DNA from: Stegostoma tigrinum
Taxonomy: Eukaryota
NCBI RefSeq assembly: GCF_030684315.1
Contig: NC_081362.1
Span: 96,579,187-96,643,186 of the forward strand
Direction of reading: 5' to 3'
Length of the DNA: 64,000 nt
In this document: positions 50,901-61,362 of the stretch, piece by piece
Numbering within the stretch: the stretch's first letter is position 1
Layout of the letters: each line of letters begins with the position of its first letter
Made by a program: the position numbers and the translations under genes
Notes under the pieces: model-generated
Seen by the model: only the letters and a program-made list of their open reading frames with translations
Told to the model about the DNA's origin: nothing
Database searches by the model: none

Positions 50901-53900
50901 TAAAAGTGGCAGTTTCTATCCCTAAAGGACACAGTAAATGAGATGAGTTTTTTTCTGATAATCAATAATGATTCATGATCATTATTAGAACCTTAATCCC
51001 AGACTGTTTTTGGTGAATTCAAATTCCACCATCTGCCATGGTGATTTTCAAACCCAAGTCTCTGAATTAACATTGTCGTGGTTATAACTTCTGTGCTGCT
51101 CCTTTGCTTAACTATTCCATGTTTTAAGTTTGATGTTCTGTGTTCTAGAGAGGAGGATGCTGCACCCACCCATCCCCCACCCCCACCAACTCTAATGAAA
51201 CTGAAACACTACTCACATTGCAGATTCAGGCACTGCTCTCTCAGGGTACCCGTCTGACTGATCCCCTTCTCAGTTTCCTCTCAGCACCAGTCATATCGCC
51301 TCGAGACTCTGATCATCTCTGTTGTGTCCCCAGGGCAACATTCCCAAACGTCTTGCAATTGTCATTTCACCCTCAAAAACCTGCTCAACCTTTCCATTTG
51401 CCCCATTACTGCACTATCCCTCCACCTCCACCAATCATCCCAAGGCTGTTTCCACTCTCCCTTCAGCTCAGCAAACAGCCACTTGGCACTAACACCCATA
51501 GATGATGCCTGGGGTTAACTGCAGACAGAGGCAAATTTAGGGAATTACTGAACCTGAACCGACCTTATTGCTCACAGTGATTCCATCTCTGATATCACTC
51601 TCCATCTCCCTATCACCTCCTTAGATTTCTTGATAACAAACTGATCTCCAATTCATTCACAGACTGGAGGTGATTAACATGTAAACTGTACTCACTGTTT
51701 ACAATGAGGTGGCTTCCTCCACCAGGGACATTTCCCCAGGCTGAGCAGTAATAAACCCCAGTATCACTGGACTGCACGTTTGTGATGGTCAGAATGAAGC
51801 TGTTACTAGAGGAATTTCTGGAAGGCTGGATTCGATCAATGAAACCTGAGATCCATTGGATGTAACCATTTCTTTCATGTGTTAAAAGCAGTTTCATATG
51901 ACTGTCTGGTTCTTGTCTGTACCAGTGAACATCGGTGTGTGTCACTGTGGCATTCCTCATTGTGCACTGCAACTGGGCAGTGTGACCCTCAGTGACACAT
52001 TTAAGGATTGGAGACTGGAGAAGGGCCAGACCAGATGTACCTTTAAAGGAAAAACATCAAGAATTTCAGAATCAATTCTCTGGGTTACAATGTGCGGCCA
52101 GTTTTCAAACAAACATTTCAGATGGAACAAGTTGTAGATTAAGTCAAGGAATGGTTTCAGATAGAACCAGTGGAGTTGCAGCAGATCAAACAAAACTTAA
52201 TTCAGTAATTAAATAACTATAATAACTGTTACTATAAATATTGAAAGAGGATCAGCAGTGACAGTGTGTAGAGTGATGTTGCCTGAACAAAGGGTAGCTC
52301 CTGATTACAACTCCCAGGCTCAAGTTCTCTCCACTCTCTGTCCCCACCAGAGGCTCTGAGCTCCTCATGTCTCCCATTCCCTTCTCCCTGATCCCAGCGC
52401 CATCTGGTGACCCATTCATTGCTCAGATAATGCAGCATCTTCTGTGAAGCTATTTCATTCCCTTCCCATACTGTTCACTGCTTTCCTTGAAATGGTCACC
52501 TTTCCCTGAGCCTGTCTCCTCACAATCCTCTAACTGCCATGTTCACAGCAACCCTGAGTATTCACTGGGACTAGATATCCCTTGGGACTGGGGGTATCCT
52601 CATTACTAACTGACCCAAGATCCAACATAAAAGAAACAATCCAATTCCATCAACCTGAAAGCACCCTAACGATTTCAATGTTTACTTTGTTTGTTCATAA
52701 AATCTTTCAAAATGCAAACAAATTCCCATTATCTCTCCAAGAACTCTTTCTGTCAGGTTTTTGTTTTACCGAAATCATAACTCCAGAAGTATTAACATGT
52801 AAATATTTAAATTCCCTCAAACTCACAGAGACCAAAACGTACAGAGACCAAAACCAAATGCCATGTGTTCAAAATCCAAATTCCAAACTAAATGATATTA
52901 AAATTACATGGAAGCCACACACTCACATCACAGAGTTTAAACTCTATGAGGGAGTGCATGAGTAATCAAGCCCCAAATGACCGCAAAGCCACACTGAGTC
53001 AACAATACAGCCAATTTATCTCTCATCTGTCCTCCAGTCCAAAGTTTAAAAAAAAATCAAAACAGTTTGGTAAATGACCTCAAAACCAACGTATTTATTA
53101 TCAACAAGACAAATTCTTGAAACAAGCAGACAATGTGATTAGCAAGCGCATTTCTGTCTACAATTAAAATATATTCCATTCATCTCAAACATATCTTCAT
53201 TCACAGCCAAGGAAACACTGCTCTGCAGAAATAGTTCAGGTTGTTTCTTTAAAAAAAAAGGCCAGAATGAAAGGCTTTTCCAATGCTGCAAGCAACTTAC
53301 ATCGAAAGGTAGAATGTGTTGACTTCTCAGATTCCTTCGATTTCTTGTCAATGAGGCTGATTCTTGAAAGTTATGTCATGGTGGGAGATCTCCTGACCAT
53401 ATTTCAGATTCCAACGGGAAATAACTTGAAGTTCTGATATTGTAAATGTTATCTTTACAAATCCTACGTAAAGAGATCTTATCTGCTTTTTCCTTGTCTT
53501 TTATTTACTGAGAGGGAGAAATTGTGTAGCTGGGCCTGCTTGAAGTTTCCTTCTGTTTTTTTTACCAGAAGAGAGGGATCTCTCCTCACTGCTTTTGGTC
53601 AGCTTGACATTTTAATTCAGCTGCTCTCCTTTTGGTCTGTGAAAGCACACAGCAACTCAAGCCCAGAAACTGTTGCTAGGCTGCAATCAAAATCAATCAG
53701 CCCAGCAACTTAACAATAAAACCCATTTCTTATATTTTCTTGGCATCTTTGATTGATTGGAAGTTAATTTGAATTTTGTAAACTGTAACAGATTTTTGAT
53801 CATGTGACAAAACTTCTTCATTCAAGAGATTGCCAAACAGTTTCATATTCCAGTTTCTCACAGGCCATATATTTTTATGTTGTCTGAAAATGAGTTTCTC

Positions 53901-56900
53901 TTCAGTGTTTTCTTTTTGCTACAGAATTTGAAAGTGTTGTTCTTACATTACCGTGTGAAGTTGATGACTTTTTTTTAAACTAAAAAGTATACACCTTGGT
54001 CTGTCTCCAAACATCCATTAGAATTGCACTTCTAATTAAAATTTTCTCTACTGCTCTCATTTCTCCAACTAATCTGAGTGTCCTCACATCTCTCTGCATT
54101 AACTCTGATCTGATATTAGCTGTCCACTCACCCACAATGGGGCAAGTAGAAGAGAAAACCCCAGAAACTACCTGAACCAGAATGGGGGTGGGGGGAGGGG
54201 TGAAGACATGCTCTCAGCAATATTCAACACGAAACTCCAGCTAATTATGTTGGAAACTCCCAGAATACTGTGATCACTCTTCCCTAGTCATGTAGCTCAG
54301 ATGGCTGGAGTATAATGTCGCATAATGACAATGTCCCAGCTTTAATCGCAGTCTCAATTGTGGGAGCTTGGATGGATCGAAAGGAAGGATCGAAACTGAA
54401 GCAAAAGTGAAGTGGGAATGGAGTTTATGATTAAGGAAAAAGTTACTACTGTAACAAAAGAATATATTTCTGAAAAATCATTCAGTGAAAATATATGGGT
54501 TGAAATCAGAAATAAAAAGGGAATGATTACCTTGATGAGATAGTATTTTAGATCCCCAATGTTCAGATGGAAATTGAGGACCAAATAGGCAGAGAGATCT
54601 CAGATATATATGGGACTGCCATCATGTTAAAGATTTGGATTGTGAAGAATTTGTCAAATTTTCTTGAAATGTTCCTATTAGAAAAGGAGCAAACTATAAC
54701 CTTCACTTAGGTAATAAGACTGGGCAAATGATCGAAGTGATCGTTGGTAATAATTCTATTTATTTTTAAATTGTTATGGAAACAAAATAAGACTTCCATA
54801 AAAATTAAAGATTTTTTAAAATCAGACTAAGGTAAATTTTAGTGGTATGAGACAAGAAATGTCAAAATTTGATTGAAATAGACTGTTCACAAGTAAAGGG
54901 ATGTCTGATAAGTCATGTGGTGACAGAGTCATTATGTTCTTATTAGAATGAATCGTATGGCTGATAGGATTAGAAAACAATGGATAAATAAAGATGTTGA
55001 GGTTATGGTCAAGATTTAAAACAAAATACACAGTCGATGTAAGCAACTGGGTTCAAATGAATCTCTTGAGCAGTATAAAGAGTGTCAGGGCTTTGTTAAG
55101 ATGGAGATCAGGAAAGCAAAAAGAGGATATGAGATAGACTTGGCAAGTAAGGTCCAAGATAATCCAACGAGATTCTGCAAGTACATTAAGAGGGCAGGGC
55201 CTGTTCAAGATCAAAGAGTTCATCTTTGTGTTGAGCCTCAGAAGATGAGATTAAATGACAACTTTGTGTCAGTTTTTTACTGAGGAGAAACCAATAGAAG
55301 CTGGAGTACTTCGGGAAATAAATATTGATGTTTTTAAAACAGTTCGTTTGACAAAAGAGGAAGTGCTGTAGGCCTCGGAAAATATCAAGATAGATAGATC
55401 TTCCTGACATGATCTAATGCATCGTGGGAATTTTTGGGAAGTTAGGAAAGAAATTTCAGGGCCCCATGCAAAAATATTTGTGTCATTCATAACTAGGTGA
55501 TGTACTGAATGATTGGAGAGTAGTCAATGTTGTGCCTTTGATGAAGAAAGGATGTATCTGGGGGAACTATAGACCTGTGAGTCTGACTTCGGTGGTGGCT
55601 AAGTTGGAAGTGGTTCTGAAATATAGGATTTATATGAATTTGGAGAGGCAAAGAATGATTAGGGATGATCAGCATGGTTTTGTGTGAGGGAAATTTGTCT
55701 CACAAACTTGAGTGAGTTTTTGAGGAAGTAACTAAGAAGATTGATAGGGGCAGCACAGGAGGCATTGTTTATTTGGATTTTAACAAAGTCTTCGACAAGG
55801 TTCCTCATGGTAGACTAATTAATAAAGTTAGATCGCCTGGGATTCAGGGTGGACTTGCCAACTGGATACAAGTTTGGCCGAATGGCAGGAGACAGAGAGT
55901 GATGTTAGAGAGCTGTTTCTCAGGCTGGAAGCCTGTTACCAGCAGTGTTATACAGGGATCAGTACTGGGTCCACTTTTGTCTGCCATTTATAGAAATGAT
56001 TTAGATGAGAATACAGAAGGTATGGTTGGTACATTTGTGGAGTACACCAAGATTGTGGTATAGTGGAGAGTGTATAAGATCATCTAAGATTACAAAGAGA
56101 TCTCGATCAATTAGGTCAGTGCATTGAGGAGTGGCAGGAGGCGTTTAGTTTTGATAAATGCAAGGTATTGAATTTTGGTCAAACAAACAAGGGTAAGACT
56201 TATACAATTAAAAGCAGGGCCTTGGGTGGTGCTGTAGAACAGAAAGACAAAGGAATTCAGGGACATAATTCTTTGAATTTTGCATCATGTATAAATAGGA
56301 TCTTTTAGAAAGCACTGAGCATGCTGGCCTCATTGCTCAGACCTTTGAATATGGAAGTTGGGACATCATGTTGAACTTGTACTGGACATTACTGTGACCT
56401 TTTCTAGAGCATTGTGTCCAGTTCTGGTGTATTGTTATATGAAGAATGTAATGAAGTTTCGAAAGGGTCAGAAGAGATTTACCAAGCCGTTGCTGGGAAT
56501 GGAAGGTTTCAATTGTGGGGAGATGTCAGATGCTGGGACATTTTTCACTGGAGCATAGGAGATTGAGGGGTGAGATTTATGAAATCATGAGAGGTGGAGA
56601 TAAGGTGAAAGGCAGGTCATTTCCTTAGGGTGGAGATTTCAAGATTGTGGGCATCTGTTTAAAGTGAGAGAAGAAAGATTTTAAAAGGCATGCAGGGCAA
56701 TATTAGTACACAGAGTGGCTCATGTGTGGAATGAGCTTCTACAGGAAGTGGTGGATGCAGGTACAGTTATGACATCTCAAAGACATTTAGATAAGGACAT
56801 GAAAAAGAGATGTTTGGAAAGATAGGGGCCCATTGCAGGCAGATGGGACTAAAGTTCTTGAGTAGATTTGTAGCTCAGGTTGTGGATGCTGTGGTCGGTT

Positions 56901-59390
56901 TGTTCGCTGAGCCGGTTCGCTCGTGTGTAGATGTTTCAACACCCTCCTGGGCAACATCATCAGTGCAGCCTCTGATGTTACGACTCATTTATTTTGGGAT
57001 TCTGGTCAGCAGGGACTGGTTGGGACGACAGGTCTGTTTGTGTGATGTATAATTCAAAGAGTGAGCCCCTCCTCTTGCTCTGTGCTCGATGTGGAGTGGC
57101 TCCCTTTAACCTGGATCAAATAAAAATGTCTCTTGAATGGAGAGAGATGTGTGTGCCCCTTTGTGAACTATGGTTCATTTCCAATCCCTGGGAGATTCCC
57201 TGCAGATGTGGCGCCTGACAGAGCAATCTCCCTGACTCTGCTCATCCAGCCCAATGGTACTGACACTCTAGTGAATCAAATGGAATTTATATCAGTCATT
57301 CCGCAAGACAAAGCTTCACATTTCCCACAAAATCTTCCTCCCATTATCACAAAAACACACCCTTTCTCCCACAAACCTACCAACATCGAACCTGAGCTCA
57401 GCTTCCTCCTGACAGTGAATCCATCCCTGAGATTACTCTCCAATCCTCAGGATTATTCATCATGAACTGATCCCCAAATCATTCATTGGGCAAGAGGTTA
57501 TTGCTGGAGAGGTTTGTTGTGTAAACGCTACTTACTGTCTACAATGAGCCGGCTCCCTCCACCACTGATCCTTCCCCAGATTGAGCAGTAATAGACCCCA
57601 GTGTCACTGGGCTGCACGTTTGTGATGGTCAGAATGAAGTTGTTCCTGGAGGAGTTTCTAGAAGACTGGAATCGCGTTTTCAAACCTGAGTACCACTGCT
57701 TGTGATTCCATGTGTAATAAGCTAGGTACCGTTGTACATAATTCCACGAGTAATGCACCAAAATCCACTCGCTCCTTCTTCCTGGTCGCTCCCGGGACCA
57801 GTGAACATCGATGTGTGTCACTGCGACGTTCCTCATGGTGCACTGTAACCGGGCAGTGTGACCCTCGGTGATTCGTTCCATGATCGGAGACTGGAGAAGG
57901 ACTGGGAAATTTGCATCTTAAAAATAGTTAAAAATAAATCAATAAATGAACAGCAGTCTGTTTGTTCGAAACTCCCACTAGGATTTAACGGCACCCTCCC
58001 AGTAGTCTTTGGCCTGAAAAACAACAGAGCCAAGGAGGGATTGATTAATGTTTGATTAAGGAAGTAATTTTGTGGGGAACATGTTACTGATTCGAACGGT
58101 TCCCGGAGGCTGATGGTGAAGATAAATATCATTCCCTTACAATCAGAAAAGAGGAATTTATAATAGGGAATAAAGAATTAGCTCACCCACTAATACAAAC
58201 CTTGGTTCTGTATTCAGAAAAGAGATCTTAAGTAACATTCTTAATAAGATCCCACACATTAGGCTGCATAAGACGATCAGATAATAGTATGGATAAAGGA
58301 ATAGGCATTGAAGAGAAGACAGACAGTTGGGGAAACGTGTCCTTTTAAGAATGACAGCCTGCAGCTATTGGAGTGTCGCACGGATCGGTGCTGGCGACAT
58401 AATAATTGACGATGTACCCAGAAAACAGTTTGTTTTCTTGTCTGTGTTCCGAGCCTGTAGACCTCGATGTCAGCTTGACGAAACAGTCTCCAGACAGTGA
58501 TAAATCTTTGCAAAGAACAAAGAAAGTTACAGCTCAGGAACAGGCCCTTCAGCCCTCCAAGCCTGCATCGACATGCTGCCCATCATAACAAAGACCTCCT
58601 AACCTTCCGGGGACCTATATTCCCATTCTATTCATGTATTTGTTAATATGCCTTTCAATGACGCTATCGCATCTCCACTGCCTCTACCTTCCCTAGCAGC
58701 GAGTTTCAGGAACCCAGCACCCTCTGCGTAAAAAAAAACTCGCCTTGTACATCACCTTTAAATCTTGCCCCTCACATCTTAAACTTATGCCCCCGAGTAG
58801 CTGAATCTTCCACCTTGGGAAAAAGCTTCTGACTGTCCAGTCTCTCCATGCCCTCCTTCATAATCTTGCACACTTCTATCAGGTCACCCCTCAACCTCTG
58901 TCATTCCAGTGAGAACAACGCAAATGACTTCAACCTCTTTTCACAGCTAATACCCTCCAAACCAGGCAACATCCTGGTAAATCTGTCCTGCACTGTCCCC
59001 AAAGCCACCATATCCTTCTGGTAGTGTGGTGACCCAAATTGAACACAATATTCCAAGTGTGGCCTAACTAAAGTTCCATAAAGCTGCAACATTACCTGCC
59101 AATTTATAAACTCAATGCCCTGGCTGATGAAGGCAAGCATGATGTATGCCTTGTTGACTGCCTTCTCTATCCGTGTTGCCACTTTCAGGAACCTGTGTAC
59201 CTGTACATCCAGATCCCTGTGATACTTGTGACACTCCCCTCCAGTTCAAACTTATAGAATTCACACAAACTCCTCAATAGCACAAACCATGGGAAGGTCT
59301 TTTATAACAAGGTAAACTCCTCCAAAGCAAACACTTACCCAAAGCACCATAGAGGCACAGGGTCACGGCGATTAGAGTGCCACGGATCAT
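38818..59390 (-). CDS. Multi-exon gene: type I membrane IgSF receptor, Leader-(VJ)x5-TM-short tail, 654 aa; exons 59390-59339, 57916-57536, 52040-51696, 46666-46322, 43190-42846, 39862-39515, 38966-38818
   Basis: Manual splicing: every junction is GT-AG and phase 1. Exon lengths 52+381+345+345+345+348+149=1965 nt give one open frame ending in TAA. Each V exon has the canonical Cys, Trp, DxxxY/FxC and a GxG J-like strand. Confidence 0.85.
39515..39862 (-). CDS. Ig VJ-domain exon 5 (membrane-proximal, divergent, glycosylation-rich)
   Basis: gaacag|AT..., reads DPVLIQYP...FQC...VHWHYQRPG...DTAVFRCSVWSYVDGTGSQLDVT, ends G|gtaagg; 348 nt. Confidence 0.92.
41605..42263 (+). mobile_element. Probable solo LTR (Gypsy-type)
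   Basis: TG...CA ends (tgacggtacc ... gtctggtccataaca), T-rich U3-like body, no ORF. Confidence 0.5.
42846..43190 (-). CDS. Ig VJ-domain exon 4
   Basis: ccctaaag|GT..., reads VPVLLQSP...LQC...VHWHREQPG...DTGVYYCNVWGDISGNGSQLTVM, ends G|gtatgt; 345 nt. Confidence 0.92.
43330..44720 (-). mobile_element. Cluster of three CR1 3' fragments
   Basis: Repeated CR1 C-terminal remnants (EFRRLR.DLIET, QRRFTRLVPG, MRRHFFSQRVVGLWNSLP) with 3' tails. Confidence 0.8.
44731..46275. repeat. Inverted repeat pair, ~185-bp arms (44731-44916 and 46091-46275), in the intron between V3 and V4
   Basis: tgaaatctctcgcaatgccaac...gtaaagctattt is the reverse complement of aaatagctttac...gttggcattgcgagaaatttca, with scattered mismatches. 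Confidence 0.85.
45260..45573 (-). mobile_element. HE1-like V-SINE inserted in a Gypsy integrase remnant
   Basis: SINE reverse complement; flanks encode Gypsy-like remnants (AVPECYYLKDKVLMMK before, AFEEP after). Confidence 0.7.
46322..46666 (-). CDS. Ig VJ-domain exon 3
   Basis: ccttggaag|GT..., reads LALLQSP...LQC...VHWYW...DTGVYYCSVQGRIYGRGILLNIT, ends A|gtaagt; 345 nt. Confidence 0.92.
47114..48103 (-). mobile_element. Young CR1 LINE 3' fragment with open RT C-terminal ORF
   Basis: ORF 47200-48078 VLGPLLFVIFINDLD...KFADDTK...RGDLIETYK; (gttctat)n-like tail. Confidence 0.92.
48120..48212. repeat. Trinucleotide microsatellite (AAT)n/(GAT,GGT)n
   Basis: aataataataa followed by gatggtgatggtgatggtgatgacgatgatg. 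Confidence 0.85.
48806..48982. mobile_element. Short palindromic Penelope-like terminal insertion with HHR core (48870-48898, minus)
   Basis: Inverted termini; TSD taagttgaatata at 48793-48805 and 48983-48995; inserted in an old CR1. Confidence 0.8.
49847..50626 (-). mobile_element. Young CR1 3' fragment (same family as 47114-48103) nested in an older plus-strand CR1
   Basis: Nearly identical to the 47114-47880 copy; KCEVMHFGRSN...VRPHLEYCVQFWSP. Confidence 0.9.
51696..52040 (-). CDS. Ig VJ-domain exon 2
   Basis: cctttaaag|GT..., reads LALLQSP...LQC...VHWYRQEP...DTGVYYCSAWGNVPGGGSHLIVN, ends A|gtgagt; 345 nt. Confidence 0.92.
54430..56850 (+). mobile_element. Old CR1 LINE
   Basis: Remnants IRKAKRGYE, DFNKVFDKVPHGRL, QGSVLGPLL; many stops. 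Confidence 0.8.
57536..57916 (-). CDS. Ig VJ-domain exon 1 (membrane-distal; extended CDR2)
   Basis: ttttaag|AT..., reads DANFPVLLQSP...LQC...VHWSRERPG...DTGVYYCSIWGRISGGGSRLIVD, ends A|gtaag; 381 nt. Confidence 0.92.
58513..59218 (-). mobile_element. CR1 3' fragment in the leader-V1 intron
   Basis: LVRPHLEYCVQFGSPHYQKD...RFTRMLPGL. Confidence 0.85.
59339..59390 (-). CDS. Leader (signal peptide) exon MIRGTLIAVTLCLYGAL
   Basis: ATG followed by a hydrophobic 17-aa stretch ending G|gtaagt (phase 1), the typical IgSF leader exon, 1.4 kb upstream of the first V exon. Confidence 0.85.
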
Positions 59391-59459
59391 CTCAATAGTG
59401 ACACCACTTAGTCACACCGTTTATTGTACGTCCAGTTAATACACAAAGCTCAAAGGGTC

Positions 59460-59555
59460 CAAGCCATCTGCAGCTTCTTTAATGTCTCAGTCCTCAGGAG
59501 TTAAAGAAGTTAAAGTGTTAGTAAAGGGGAAGCAGTGATAATAAACCAATGGCTG
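59460..59555 (-). promoter_or_regulatory. Possible proximal promoter of the VJ-receptor gene
   Basis: Unique, non-repeat sequence just upstream of the leader with an E-box (CAGATG), a PU.1/ETS-like AAAGGGGAAG, TGATAA and CCAAT. Short motifs only. Confidence 0.25.
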
Positions 59556-59729
59556 CTGTCTTCTGAGGGAGGATATTACTGGTTGGAATTTCTGAATGTG
59601 GCATGGTGAAGTTCATTTCAGGTGTTAATTATTTATTCAGTGCAAGTTCCTCATACTCACTCACTTAAACATGGAGAATTCACACATTTGATGCAACCCT
59701 TTAAATGGTCCAAACATCCATGGAAAATC

Positions 59730-61362
59730 ATTGGGTTGGTCTTTATGGTAGAAGATACATTGAACATTCCAATAAAACTAAAGAACATTAGGGAGAGAGT
59801 CAGTCCTATCTCTGTCACTGAAGCAGCCGTGTTAGATGAACTCATGGGGCTGAGGGCAGATCAGTCCCTGGCCTTGATGGCTTGCATCCTAGGATCCTGA
59901 AAGAAGGAGCTACAACAATATTAGATGCATTGTTTGTAATTTTCCAATACTCCTTGTATTCTGGACAAGTATGAGATGATTGAAAAGCTGAAAATTTGAC
60001 ACTCCTAACTGAAAATGAGGGGGGCAAATCATGCATTTCTGAATACCAACAAGCAGAATATCTGTTGTTGAAAAATTGCTGGAATCAATTACTAAAGAAT
60101 CAATTTGGAAAATCATAGTCTAATCGAGCAAAGTCAGCAAAGCTTCATGAAAGGGAAATCATGTTTGACTAATTTATTGGAGCTTTTCAAGGAATTCTCA
60201 ACCCAAGTGGGTAGAGGGGAACCAGTAGTTGTACATTTTTGGACTTCCAGAAGGTGTTAAACAAGCTACCTGTCAAAAGGTTCAGTCAGTAGATAAGAGC
60301 TCACCATGATGGAGGGGATGTATTGGTAAGGAATATTGAGAATTGGCTCAAGGGATTCCTTTCAGGTTGATGATCCATGACCAATGGGCTTCCTTAAGAA
60401 TCAGTGCTGGAATTGCCACTGTTTACAATGTACATTAATGATGAGGAGTGGGGAAGTGAAAATTCTGGAGCCACATTTGCAGCTGACACAAAAAATAGAT
60501 GGAAAGGCAGATTGCATAAGGAATACAAACAGTTTACAGAGAGATATTGGTAGACTAAGTAAGCAGGAAGAAAGCTGCCTGATGGAGTACACTGTAGGCA
60601 AATGTGAAGTTGTTCATTTTTAAAGGGAGAACAAAATAATGGAATATTATTTAAATGGAGAGGAACTACAGGAAGCTGCAATGAAAAGGGACTGGGGGGG
60701 ACTAGTGCACAAAACACAGAAAGCTAGCACACAGGTGTAGCAGGTAATCAGGAAGGCGAATGGAATGTGGGCCCTTACTGTTGGAGAACAAGAGTTTGGA
60801 AGTCTTACTGCAACTGTGCAAGGTGCTGGAGAGATTATGTATACTTGGTTTCATTATTTAAGAAAAAAAAATATCAGAAGCAGTTCTGACAAGGTTCACT
60901 CAGGATGATTCCTGGAATGGAGGGACTGCATTCTGGACAAAGTTTAAATAAGTTGAAATTTTCCTCACTGGGGTTGAGAAGAAAGAGAAGAGACCTAATT
61001 GAAACATGTATAATTGTAAAGGGGCTTGCCAGGGTAAATGCTGAAAGAGAGTCTCAGACTACACTGTTGAGAGAGTCTAGGAGGAGAGGACATTCTCTCA
61101 GAATAAAGAGACATGAATTTCCTCTCTCAGAGCGTTATGAGTCTTTGGAACTCCTTGCCACGGTGAGTTGTGAAGGAAGAGTCCTTATTTATATTGAAGG
61201 CTGAGACTGATAGATTCTTGATCAGTCAGGAGTCAAGAGTTGAGGAAATTGCAAGAAAATGGGTGTGTGGAATGCTGGAATAGTGTGATCCTGCTGAATG
61301 GCAGAGCAGGTTCATAGGGCTGACTGGCCTACTCCTGTTCCTGTCGTTCATTGTCTTATGGT
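59730..61362 (+). mobile_element. Old CR1 LINE
   Basis: Remnants GFMKGKSCLTNLLE, DFQK, KCEVVHF, RRDLIET. Confidence 0.75.

Noticed and set aside
39515-57916. Interpretation as a rearranging Ig/TCR V-segment cluster or NAR-TCR
   Set aside because: Only one leader for five V exons; each V is already joined to a J-like strand with a splice donor; no RSS, D segments or C1 exons; ends in its own TM exon.
38818-59390. Naming the gene PIGR, NCR3 or CD8
   Set aside because: It lacks the second CD300/pIgR disulfide, the charged TM residue of NCR3 and the CD8 hinge/Lck motif, so no symbol is assigned.
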